NCBI GenBank assembly: GCA_963662665.2
Contig: CAXXJS010000028.1
Location: 96,001 to 160,000 of the forward strand
Source of the DNA: Candidatus Latescibacterota bacterium
Lineage (GTDB): Bacteria > Latescibacterota > UBA2968 > GCA-2709665
Reading direction: 5' to 3'
Length of the DNA: 64,000 bases
The notes beneath the pieces were generated by a model. It was not told the DNA's origin, searched no databases, and saw nothing but the letters and a program-made list of their open reading frames with translations. Positions 30,231 to 38,985 of the stretch are shown in pieces (position 1 is the stretch's first letter; each line of letters begins with the position of its first letter). Made by a program: the position numbers and the translations under genes.

Positions 30231-30354
30231 GCGGGCAGGTGGCAGCAACCGTCAGGTCGCCGGAGCAGTCCATGCGTGATATTTCTCATTCCATGAACCA
30301 TCGGCGCGACGTATCTTGAAACACTCCGAATCCGACCATTAATTCAAGAACAGG

Positions 30355-30381
30355 AAAAGCGGTCATAACGGACCGCTTTTT
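30355..30381 (+). terminator. Terminator-like hairpin just upstream of the MFS gene
   Basis: aaaagcggtc-ataacg-gaccgcttttt. Confidence 0.5.
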
Positions 30382-30396
30382 CCGTGCGAGTGCAAA

Positions 30397-31557
30397 ATGT
30401 CCGATAAGCGCCAGGAAGAACGATTCCAGACAACCGACGTGATGATGCTGTCCGGCGGGCACGCCGTGCACGATACGTACAGCGGATTCCTGGCGCCCTT
30501 GTTGCCGGTCTTTATCCAGACCCTGTCTCTATCCAAGACCGAAGCCGGCATGTTGATGGTCGTAAGGCAGGCGCCGTCTGTCTTTCAGCCGATTGTCGGA
30601 CTTCGCGCGGACCGCTCGAATCTGCGCGCCCTCGTCATTCTCGGACCCGCCGTCACGGGTATCGCGATGAGTCTGCTCGGCGTGGCTGGAGGGTACGCAA
30701 CTCTCGTAGCCCTCCTGGTAATCGTCGGCTTCAGTTCGGCGGCCTTTCACGCGGTTGGACCGGCGATGGCCGGAACGCTCTCGGGCCCGAATCTGGGGCG
30801 CGGCATGGGCATCTGGATGCTGTGCGGTGAGCTCGGCCGCACGATGGGGCCGATTCTGATTGTGAGCGTCATCGGCCTGTGGGGTGTGGCCGGTACAGCC
30901 TATCTGATCCCCGTGGGCCTTGTGGCGTCGCTCGTCCTGTTGCTGCGCATGCGGTCCGTTGCGGCGCAGTCGTTTTCATTCTACAAAGCGCTGCCGTGGC
31001 GATCCGCGCTGAAACGCATGGCCCCGGTTATGGTACCGCTGTCCGGCATCGTGTTCGTCCGCGCGTTTACAATGGCGTCGCTCACGGCATTTCTGCCCAC
31101 GTTCCTGAGCGAAGAGGGCGTGAGCCTGTGGCTGGCAGGAGCGTCGCTTTCCGTGCTGGAAGGCGCGGGCATCGCGGGGGCGCTGATCGGCGGATGGGCG
31201 AGCGACCGGTTGGGGCGCAAGCAGGTACTCGGTTTTTCAATGATTGGGACCCCCATTCTACTATTCGTCTTCCTCGACAGCCAGGGCTGGGTTCTGTTTC
31301 CGGTCCTGGTTGTGCTGGGCTTTGTCGCGCTTGCGACAGGTCCCGTTGTCATGGCGATGGTGCAGGAAAGCTGCCCGGAAAACCGGGCATTCGCCAACGG
31401 GATCTATATGGGCGGGGGATTCGCGCTTCGGGGACTGGCGATGCTGCTGCTGGGAATGATGGGCGACGCCTATGGCCTGCGGAGGGCATTCGAAGTCAGC
31501 GCGGTTTTGATGTTTATTGGCGTCGCGCTGGTATTGAAAATACCGGAGAAGCGGTAG
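30397..31557 (+). CDS. MFS transporter (Fsr/fosmidomycin-resistance-like)
   Basis: About 12 hydrophobic segments, H..HD.Y...LAPLLP, QP.VG..ADR, and GWASDRLGRK motif A. Confidence 0.92.
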   Translation: MSDKRQEERFQTTDVMMLSGGHAVHDTYSGFLAPLLPVFIQTLSLSKTEAGMLMVVRQAPSVFQPIVGLRADRSNLRALVILGPAVTGIAMSLLGVAGGYATLVALLVIVGFSSAAFHAVGPAMAGTLSGPNLGRGMGIWMLCGELGRTMGPILIVSVIGLWGVAGTAYLIPVGLVASLVLLLRMRSVAAQSFSFYKALPWRSALKRMAPVMVPLSGIVFVRAFTMASLTAFLPTFLSEEGVSLWLAGASLSVLEGAGIAGALIGGWASDRLGRKQVLGFSMIGTPILLFVFLDSQGWVLFPVLVVLGFVALATGPVVMAMVQESCPENRAFANGIYMGGGFALRGLAMLLLGMMGDAYGLRRAFEVSAVLMFIGVALVLKIPEKR

Positions 31558-31562
31558 GACAA

Positions 31563-31690
31563 GAGATCCGACCGTAGCGCGAACTGTTAGTTCGCGGGCA
31601 ATACATACGTTCGCGCTGCGAAAATTCAGCGGGCAGCCAAGCGCGGTGCGAGCTGAGATCCGACCGTAACGCGAACTGTTGGTCCGCAGG
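31563..31690 (+). repeat. Two GTAG-type REP-like palindromes in direct repeat
   Basis: gagatccgaccgta(g/a)cgcgaactgtt(a/g)gt(t/c)cgc at about 31563 and 31655. A third copy is at 33292. Confidence 0.7.
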
Positions 31691-31783
31691 TAGATATCAC
31701 AAGAATACCGGTGTTGATGCAATTCCACAATTGCCTGTGATTTGGCGCTAGCCACGCAATTCCGTCAACCACATTGCCTGAAG

Positions 31784-32503
31784 TTACACCGCAATGCCAA
31801 CTCGCAGCGAAGCATCATAGCCACCCGTCCCGGCATTGACATTCACTTTTACCAGCTGGTATTGGAGTGTATTGGCTGGCGAACGAAAAAGGCCATCGTC
31901 GGTGTTTTTCGTGGGATTCTGTCCATGAGCAGAATAATCCGCTGTATTGAACACAGCCGTATTGAATTCTTCGGGAAAAGCCAACTGTGATGTTGCCCTC
32001 AGTCCGTTATTCAAAAAAACCTGAAAATGAATATGCGTTGCTCTGCCCGGATACCATCCCGGATAAACCGTTGTAAATGTGGCATCTCCAATCTCGTCGC
32101 TCAACTGAATGCCCCTGCAGAAAGTCTGTCCGCTCGCATTTACACCGCCAGGTTGATTGGAAAATCCGGAATAAACCCCACGTGTATCGCAGTGCCACAC
32201 ATCGACGCGAGCATTGACAACTGGCGTACACCCGGCATTTACATTCACCACATTCAAAGTCAGTTTAAGCGGCACACCCGTTATGTCTTCCGCAATATCC
32301 TGTCGGAAATATTCGGGATTATCGCTTAGATTCAATGGAAAAGGTCCTGCTGTTTCTCGCGGTATCAGGATGCAGCTTCCCTCACCCAGCGCGGGATCTT
32401 CACTGTCGAAGGCCGAATCCTCGCTGCAAGCCTCCATAATCAGGCCACCAGCGCCTATCAGACCAACGCCGCCCAGGCGTTTAAGAACGTCCCTTCGGTT
32501 CAT
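31784..32503 (-). CDS. Intradiol ring-cleavage dioxygenase-like protein with Tat/lipoprotein-like signal
   Basis: MNRRDVLK..MEAC signal; GPFP, VDVWHCD..GVYSG, RGIQ and YPGWYPGRATHIH motifs. GGAG SD. Confidence 0.88.
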   Translation of the reverse strand: MNRRDVLKRLGGVGLIGAGGLIMEACSEDSAFDSEDPALGEGSCILIPRETAGPFPLNLSDNPEYFRQDIAEDITGVPLKLTLNVVNVNAGCTPVVNARVDVWHCDTRGVYSGFSNQPGGVNASGQTFCRGIQLSDEIGDATFTTVYPGWYPGRATHIHFQVFLNNGLRATSQLAFPEEFNTAVFNTADYSAHGQNPTKNTDDGLFRSPANTLQYQLVKVNVNAGTGGYDASLRVGIAV

Positions 32504-32581
32504 TTATCTTCTCCAAAACAGAATCGGTTTCGCAGCACTGAAATTCATCAAACCGGGAAGGAGGACCGTGGGCTTGATCGT

Positions 32582-32622
32582 AAAAACAGAACCACCGGCC
32601 TATTTCCGAGACCGGTGGTTCT
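32582..32622 (-). terminator. Intrinsic terminator between the small Arg-rich ORF and the dioxygenase
   Basis: Minus strand reads agaaccaccgg-tctcggaaatagg-ccggtggttct-gttttt. Confidence 0.7.
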
Positions 32623-32632
32623 TTGCGTTAAT

Positions 32633-32707
32633 TTATCCCTTTGGTCGCCTTTGACCCTTAACGAATATGAGCCTCGGGCGGCGTCTTCGCCGTTTGATCT
32701 GTGGCAC
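32633..32707 (-). CDS. Putative 24-aa Arg-rich small peptide MPQIKRRRRRPRLIFVKGQRRPKG
   Basis: Strong SD-like GAAGGGGGTG before GTG 32707, TAA at 32635-32633, and a terminator immediately downstream. Below the ORF-track length cutoff. Confidence 0.5.
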   Translation of the reverse strand: MPQIKRRRRRPRLIFVKGQRRPKG

Positions 32708-33383
32708 GATGACCACCCCCTTCTGAGTAAGAATATCGGTTTTATATATTTGATCGTTCTCCGTGAAGATTGGTTCCGGGAATCAACCTTGATTCGTAAT
32801 TCTTCGGGGAAGTAAGACCGAATATATGCAAGTAGATTAAGGCGATTAGACTTCTGATTACCGGGATAAACCAGGTCACCGGACGTGAACTGAAAAAACG
32901 TCCCTGTTTACGACCGTTACGCCCCGCTTCAGGGTTTTTCGTCTCGTTGCCGAGTTGCTGTTTTTTTCGAATTGGGGTTTATGGCGACCCGGTAAAGAGC
33001 TGTCAGCTATCAGTTTTTAGCTGTCGGCTAAACCCGACACGGTCTGGCGTTATCAATTCACGTCTATCAGCGCCTTGTCTTCGGCCACAATGACTCGGTC
33101 TCGCCTGCAGAGCGACTTTAACAACGGACTGTTAATGTGGGCGACTCCAAGAGGCGTCCCCGCGAATACGTGGTTGGCACATAATACGGCGATATCAATA
33201 TCGCGGATGGCGGCATTATTAGGGGCGGTTCCCGAACCGCCCGCAAAGCGCCGGCTTACCGCCCGGCGTCCCCGCAATGTAGTGTCAGACTGTAGCACGA
33301 ACTGGTAGTTCGCGGGTTATCGATGCGCGCGCGCTGATTGAAGGCACATCTGCAATCCGCCGATGGTGGAATCCCGCGCAAAC

Positions 33384-33500
33384 TGTCCATTTTCGGACAA
33401 TAGTGTATCATTATCGAACACTTGTTTAACAGTGTCGTTGGGCGATCATCTCACAAACAACTGTTATTTAGCAGTTTGAATCCATGGCACGATAATCGCG
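33384..33500 (+). promoter_or_regulatory. Sigma54 promoter 2 with tandem upstream activator boxes
   Basis: TGGCAC-GATAA-TCGC at 33485-33499. Boxes TGTCCATTTTCGGACA 33384-33399 and TGTATCATTATCGAACA 33404-33420. Confidence 0.82.
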
Positions 33501-33582
33501 AGTGGATAGAACGCCGGGAAGTCCGGCGATCCTCGTCCTTCGGTCCGGGGTGGTCTAAGGGAAATGCGTTGAGAGGGAATCG

Positions 33583-35946
33583 ATGTTCCGGAATTACCTG
33601 ATCGTTGCGTATCGCAATTTCATGCGGCTCAAGGTCTACTCCGTGATCAACGTGGTGGGCCTCTCGATCGGGATTGCGTTTTGTATTCTGACGTTCCTGT
33701 ACGTCCGGCACGAGTGGTCTTTTGACGCATTTCATGATAAGGCAGATCGGATATATCGCGTATATACGAAGGGAGAAGTGGGGGAAGGAAGTGTCGCCAT
33801 GGCGACGATGCCGGGACCTCTCGGCCCCGCGTTGGCGGAAGCATTTCCCGAACAAATGCAGCGGGTCGTAAGAATCCATACCCGGACTCGCACACTCCGG
33901 TATGAAGAACGTTCGCTTCGGGTACGTATTGCATATGTCGATCCGGGTTTTCGGGACGTCTTTACATTTCCCATGTTGAAAGGCGACCCGGAAACAGCGC
34001 TGGACGGCAAGGATGCCATCGTTATTACAGAGAAAACCGCTCGGAAATTCTTCGGTAGAGAAGATCCAATCGGTAAATCGATATCATTTACAAGAGATTC
34101 AGAAGTGCGTAAGGCGCTGATAACGGGCATCCTGAAAGATATTCCCGGGGTGTCCAGCATTCAGTTCGACTGTCTGCAGCCGTACGAGAATGTGGAGGAC
34201 GCGCTCAACACGTGGAATAAGACAAACAATACCAGCGTTTACGTGTTGCTGAACGAACAGGTCGATGTTGCGGCGTTGGAAGGCCTGTTTCCGCGTTTCG
34301 TTAAGTGGTCGTGGCCCATTATGGGCGAGAAGCAGGAGATGAAATTGCAGCCGCTTTCGGATGTGCGCTTCAGTCCGAAAATCCGTGGGCCCGAAACCGC
34401 CACGGACCGGGCATACAGTTACATCCTGTTGTGCGTTGCAGTTCTGATACTGTTTATCGCGTGCGTGAATTTTACGTCCCTCGCGCTGGCACGCTCGCCC
34501 TCCCGGGCGCGAGAGGTAGGCATACGCAAAGTAGCTGGTGCGCGCAGACTTCAGGTTATCGCGCAATTTCTGTCGGAGTCGATACTCCTGGGTCTTGTCG
34601 CGTTGGCGGTCGGCCTTGTGCTGGCAGAAGTACTGATGCCGTTGTTCAACCGCCTGATGGCGCAGGAACTTTCATTGGCTGAGAATCTGGATGGATCGGC
34701 AGTGGCCGCGTTGATCTGCATGGCCTTGATCGTGGGACTGTTTGCTGGCAGCTACCCGGCGTTTATCCTGTCCGGTTTTGTGCCGATTTATGTGCTCAAC
34801 GACCGATTGAGAATTGTCGGCGCAGGAGTTTTCAGCCGGTTTCTCCTGGTTTTTCAGATCGCGATGTCCGCGGCTCTGGTCATCTGTGCTCTGGTGGTGA
34901 CCCTTCAGCTCGACTATCTGCGGAACAAACCTCTCGGCTTTGACAGTGAACACCTGATTGGCGTCTGGCAAGCCGCCAAGCTCCGGGACCAGGGGAAAGA
35001 TGGCATTGAACCCTATCGGGACGCCCTCTTATCTCATCACGCGATTCTCGGCGTGACCGGAATGTTTCACCTGATGGACAACAGACAACAGTCGCGAGGT
35101 GGTGTGGCCCACGATGGAACAGACATCAAGGGCGTGGAGGTGTTTTACGTCGATTACGATTTTATTCCAACGCTGGATATCGAATTGATCGAGGGGCGGA
35201 ATTATTCACGAGGCCTTGAGACAGTCACTGCTGCGTCCGTGGTTATCAATGAGACGCTGGCCAGTCGGCTGGGGCCGGGGTCACCGATTGGAAAGACATT
35301 GAGATTTTTCGACGAAATGACGGTGATTGGGGTGGTGAACGATTTTCATTTTCGTTCGCTCCATCACAAGATCGGCCCCGCACTCCTGAAATGCGAGCCG
35401 GATTATCCATACGACCGACTGGTGGTTCGGGTTCGTCCCGACGATATCCCCGGCACCCTGGCATATATGAGAGATCGATGGGAAGCCGTGACAAAGTCCT
35501 CCGGATTCCACTATTTTTTTCTTGATGAGAGCATCGATCGCCAATACCGAACCGAAGAGCGACTCCATCGCATTGTCGGGTACGGCACGCTACTTGCCGT
35601 TTTTGTTGCGTGTCTGGGGGCGTTTGGATTGACGGCGTTTGCAGTAACGCGGCGAACGAAGGAGATCGGCATTCGCAAGATATCGGGCGCCAGTGTGACA
35701 GACGTCGTGGGTCTGCTGTCCCGTGAGTTAGTACTGTTGGTGGGGGCGGCGAATGCGATCGCGTGGCCGGTCGCATGGTGGGCGATGGATCGGTGGTTGC
35801 AGGATTTCGCGTATCGCATCGATCCGGGAGTCGGGACGTTCGTTGTGGGTGGTTTGCTGACGCTGGCGGTCGTGCTGCTGACGGTGATTACCCGGACGAT
35901 CCGGGCAGCCCGCGCGAATCCGGTGGATGCATTGCGGTATGAGTGA
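33583..35946 (+). CDS. ABC transporter permease 4 (duplicated MacB/FtsX type)
   Basis: MFRNYLIVAYRN, RAREVGIRK, RRTKEIGIRK and NPVDALRYE. Confidence 0.95.
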   Translation: MFRNYLIVAYRNFMRLKVYSVINVVGLSIGIAFCILTFLYVRHEWSFDAFHDKADRIYRVYTKGEVGEGSVAMATMPGPLGPALAEAFPEQMQRVVRIHTRTRTLRYEERSLRVRIAYVDPGFRDVFTFPMLKGDPETALDGKDAIVITEKTARKFFGREDPIGKSISFTRDSEVRKALITGILKDIPGVSSIQFDCLQPYENVEDALNTWNKTNNTSVYVLLNEQVDVAALEGLFPRFVKWSWPIMGEKQEMKLQPLSDVRFSPKIRGPETATDRAYSYILLCVAVLILFIACVNFTSLALARSPSRAREVGIRKVAGARRLQVIAQFLSESILLGLVALAVGLVLAEVLMPLFNRLMAQELSLAENLDGSAVAALICMALIVGLFAGSYPAFILSGFVPIYVLNDRLRIVGAGVFSRFLLVFQIAMSAALVICALVVTLQLDYLRNKPLGFDSEHLIGVWQAAKLRDQGKDGIEPYRDALLSHHAILGVTGMFHLMDNRQQSRGGVAHDGTDIKGVEVFYVDYDFIPTLDIELIEGRNYSRGLETVTAASVVINETLASRLGPGSPIGKTLRFFDEMTVIGVVNDFHFRSLHHKIGPALLKCEPDYPYDRLVVRVRPDDIPGTLAYMRDRWEAVTKSSGFHYFFLDESIDRQYRTEERLHRIVGYGTLLAVFVACLGAFGLTAFAVTRRTKEIGIRKISGASVTDVVGLLSRELVLLVGAANAIAWPVAWWAMDRWLQDFAYRIDPGVGTFVVGGLLTLAVVLLTVITRTIRAARANPVDALRYE

Positions 35947-36300
35947 AGTCAGGCAGACAGGAATGTCTGCCCCACCCTCACACGGGCTTCCTCAGCATGA
36001 CAGCCAGAGCGGACAAGTGCCGGACGCATTTCGACGATGGCTATTGAAAGATGTCATTCTCCGAAGAATCTCCCGTCAGTTCAATTCTGCATAAGGCGGA
36101 ATCCCGGGTAAACAGTTTGCGCGGACACATTGCCAGCCCTGGGCTTCCTCAGGATGACCGTTTAAGCGCACGTGTCTCTGATACACTTCACAGAGTGTTG
36201 TCGCCGAACATGTCATTCTGAGCGGAGCGAAGAATCTCCCGTCTGCTCGGCTGTCCAGTCGCCGGAAACCTGAGTCAACACATATGCGCGGACACATCGT
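35947..36300. repeat. BIME-like mosaic spacer S5 (more degenerate)
   Basis: ggcagacaggaatgtctgcc at 35952, ggcttcctcaggatgac at about 36141, tgtcattctgagcggagcgaagaatct at 36211. Confidence 0.85.
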
Positions 36301-36358
36301 CATGCCGACATCCTGCGATCCCGAGTGTTCTCAGGGAGATTGCGTTGAGAGGTGATCC

Positions 36359-38698
36359 ATGTTTCGAAATTACCTGATCGTTGCGTATCGCAATCTCATG
36401 CGGCACAAGGTCTACTCCGTGATCAACGTGGTGGGCCTCTCGATCGGAATTGCGTTTTGCATTCTGACGTTCCTGTACGTCCGGCACGAGTGGACGTACG
36501 ATGCATTCCATGAAAACGCGAAGCGGATTTACAGGGTCTACCTCCAGGATCGTACGAGCGCGAGCGGCATGACGCCGGATCCGCTGGGGCCGGCGCTGGA
36601 AGCGGCGTTTCCGGACGTTCGAACCGTCAGATTTGGCTGGGGCGCTTCCTCTGCGAAGTTTCAGGACCGGACCATACGCGGTAGCTTTAACTTTGCCGAT
36701 CCGGCGATTCTGGAAGTGTTCACTTTTCCGCTGCTGAAGGGAGATCCGGTGACCGTGCTGGAAGATCCGTCCTCTCTTGTGATCTCCGACGAGGCAGCTC
36801 GGAAATACTTTGGACATGAAGATCCCATCGGCAAAGTCCTTTCAGTGAAACTTTGGGGGCCACCGGCGGTGGACCGGGATTTCGTAATCACCGGGATTGC
36901 GAAATCCATTCCCAAGAATTCCAGCATCCGATTCGATTTTCTGGCTCCGTTTGCCGCCAGGGGCCAGGCGAGAAGTTGGTCAGTGAGAGCGATCCACACC
37001 TTCGTATTGCTACCGGAAAACCAACGTCCGGCAGAAGTCAAGGGTCGGTTTTCGAAGTTTCTAAAGTCCAGGCGGGGAGAACTGTGGGACGAGTCAATCG
37101 GCCTTCAACCACTTCTTGATATGCATCTCGGACGGGGTATACCGGGCCTCTGGGGAGCAGGCAATCCGGTATTTTCCTATATTCTTCTCGGAATCGCTCT
37201 GCTCGTGTTGGCGAATGCCTGCGTGAACTTCATAACCCTTGCCGTCGGCCGGTCATTCTCCCGCGACCGCGAGATTGCGATGCGAAAAACGGCCGGTGCG
37301 TCTCGGCCGCAGTTGATGATGCAGTTTCTTGGAGAGTCGATGCTATTGAGCGTGATCGCTATGATAGCCGGGGTCGGTCTGGCAGAGCTTCTCCTGCCCG
37401 TTTTCAACGATCTGTTACGAAAAGATCTCGCCCTTGGCGATCAGGCGGACGGAGTGGGGCTGGCGTTTTTATTGGGACTGGCGGCGGCCGTTGGGGTGGC
37501 AGCCGGCGGCTATCCGGCCTTGGTATTGTCCGGGTTTCATCCCATTGCAGTGTGGAATAGACGGCTCAGACTGGGAGCGTCCAGCCTGTTCGGACGGGCG
37601 CTGGTGGTTTTCCAGTTTGCCTTGTCGGTATTCCTGGTTGTTAGCACGTTTCTTATGATACGGCAACTGGAGCACCTGAGGACGAAACCGCTGGGCTTTG
37701 AGAGTGATCACGTCCTGCGAATCCGGGCATGGGACCTTTGGATGCGAGATACAGGCCTGGTCGGGGTGTACCGAAACGAGTTGATACGACACCATACAAT
37801 TCTGGGTGTGACGACAACCAGTCACGCGCTGAGCAACAGGACGAGGTACTCCCACACGGTTGAGCATAAAGGAAATGAAATCGACGTCGGACTCGTGGAT
37901 GTTGGCTACGACTTTCTACGGACTATGGGTGTGTCCCTTGTGGAAGGATCGGACTTCGATCCGCAAAGTACGGGTTCACAGTCTTCGATTCTCGTGAATG
38001 AGGCACTGGTCCGCCACCTGGGCTGGGATCATCCGGTAGTGGGCAGAATGCTGCGAATGGAAGAGCGGGATGTGACGGTAGCCGGCGTGGTAAAGGATTT
38101 CCATGTTCGCTCGCTGCACCACACGGTCCGGCCGGCGGTACTGAGGTTTACCTTGAACGAACATGGCAACGTGCTGGTCAGGATCCGACCGGAAAATATC
38201 TCCGGCACGCTGGCCTTCGTTAAGGAGAAGTGGCTTGAAGTCGCTCCGGACCTTCCGTTTCAGTATTCATTTCTGGACGACGAAGTGGACGGACAATACA
38301 GGAGGGAGGAGCGCTGGAACCGGATTGTCATGTATTCTGCATTGCTCGCGGTTCTGATCGCCTGTCTCGGGGCGTACGGGCTCACGGCCCTCTCCGTTGC
38401 GCGCCGGACCAGGGAGATTGGCATCCGCAAGGTCCTTGGCGCCCGTGGATCGGGAATCGTCTCCCTCTTGTCCAGGGTTTTCGTAAAGCTCGTGGTCATT
38501 GCAAGTCTGATTGCCTGGCCGGTGGCGTACTATGCGTCGCAGCGGTGGTTGCAGGATTTCGCGTATCGGATAGAACCGGGCATCGGCGCGTTTGTATTGG
38601 GTGGGATATTGATGCTGGCGGTCGTGTCGCTGACGGTGAGCGTCCAGGCCATCCGGGCGGCGTGGGCGAATCCGGTGGACGCGCTGCGTACGGAGTGA
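36359..38698 (+). CDS. ABC transporter permease 5 (duplicated MacB/FtsX type)
   Basis: Same architecture, ending NPVDALRTE. Confidence 0.95.
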   Translation: MFRNYLIVAYRNLMRHKVYSVINVVGLSIGIAFCILTFLYVRHEWTYDAFHENAKRIYRVYLQDRTSASGMTPDPLGPALEAAFPDVRTVRFGWGASSAKFQDRTIRGSFNFADPAILEVFTFPLLKGDPVTVLEDPSSLVISDEAARKYFGHEDPIGKVLSVKLWGPPAVDRDFVITGIAKSIPKNSSIRFDFLAPFAARGQARSWSVRAIHTFVLLPENQRPAEVKGRFSKFLKSRRGELWDESIGLQPLLDMHLGRGIPGLWGAGNPVFSYILLGIALLVLANACVNFITLAVGRSFSRDREIAMRKTAGASRPQLMMQFLGESMLLSVIAMIAGVGLAELLLPVFNDLLRKDLALGDQADGVGLAFLLGLAAAVGVAAGGYPALVLSGFHPIAVWNRRLRLGASSLFGRALVVFQFALSVFLVVSTFLMIRQLEHLRTKPLGFESDHVLRIRAWDLWMRDTGLVGVYRNELIRHHTILGVTTTSHALSNRTRYSHTVEHKGNEIDVGLVDVGYDFLRTMGVSLVEGSDFDPQSTGSQSSILVNEALVRHLGWDHPVVGRMLRMEERDVTVAGVVKDFHVRSLHHTVRPAVLRFTLNEHGNVLVRIRPENISGTLAFVKEKWLEVAPDLPFQYSFLDDEVDGQYRREERWNRIVMYSALLAVLIACLGAYGLTALSVARRTREIGIRKVLGARGSGIVSLLSRVFVKLVVIASLIAWPVAYYASQRWLQDFAYRIEPGIGAFVLGGILMLAVVSLTVSVQAIRAAWANPVDALRTE

Positions 38699-38817
38699 AG
38701 AGACTTGCCGTGCCCATGTATTGAGGCTGTCGCCCTCCCCAGCCTGGCAATCGGGGTTGTACCGAGGGGCGCAGGCTGCCAAGGTTGGACTTTTCCCGGT
38801 TGTGACATTGCCCCAAG

Positions 38818-38935
38818 TGTGCGTTTTCGGACATGTGTGTATCGAAATCGAACACTTTATTGTCGTTTGCTTGAAAGCGATTTCACATAGGTCTTTAAAA
38901 AATAACAATAAATAATCATTGGCACGGTTGTCGCT
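38818..38935 (+). promoter_or_regulatory. Sigma54 promoter 3 with tandem upstream activator boxes
   Basis: TGGCAC-GGTTG-TCGC at 38920-38934. Boxes TGTGCGTTTTCGGACA 38818-38833 and TGTATCGAAATCGAACA 38838-38854, with an AT-rich tract between boxes and promoter. Confidence 0.8.
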
Positions 38936-38985
38936 ACGCGTGTTCAAAGGCACGGTACTTTGCAGGCATTCGACTTGAATAGGGA

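Noticed and set aside
18929-38698. Integron cassette array
   Set aside because: No integrase, and the spacers lack RYYYAAC/GTTRRRY attC ends. The genes are paralogues with dedicated promoters.
38948-38964. Second sigma54-like site AGGCACGGTACTTTGCA
   Set aside because: GG to GC spacing is 11 rather than the strict 10 nt.
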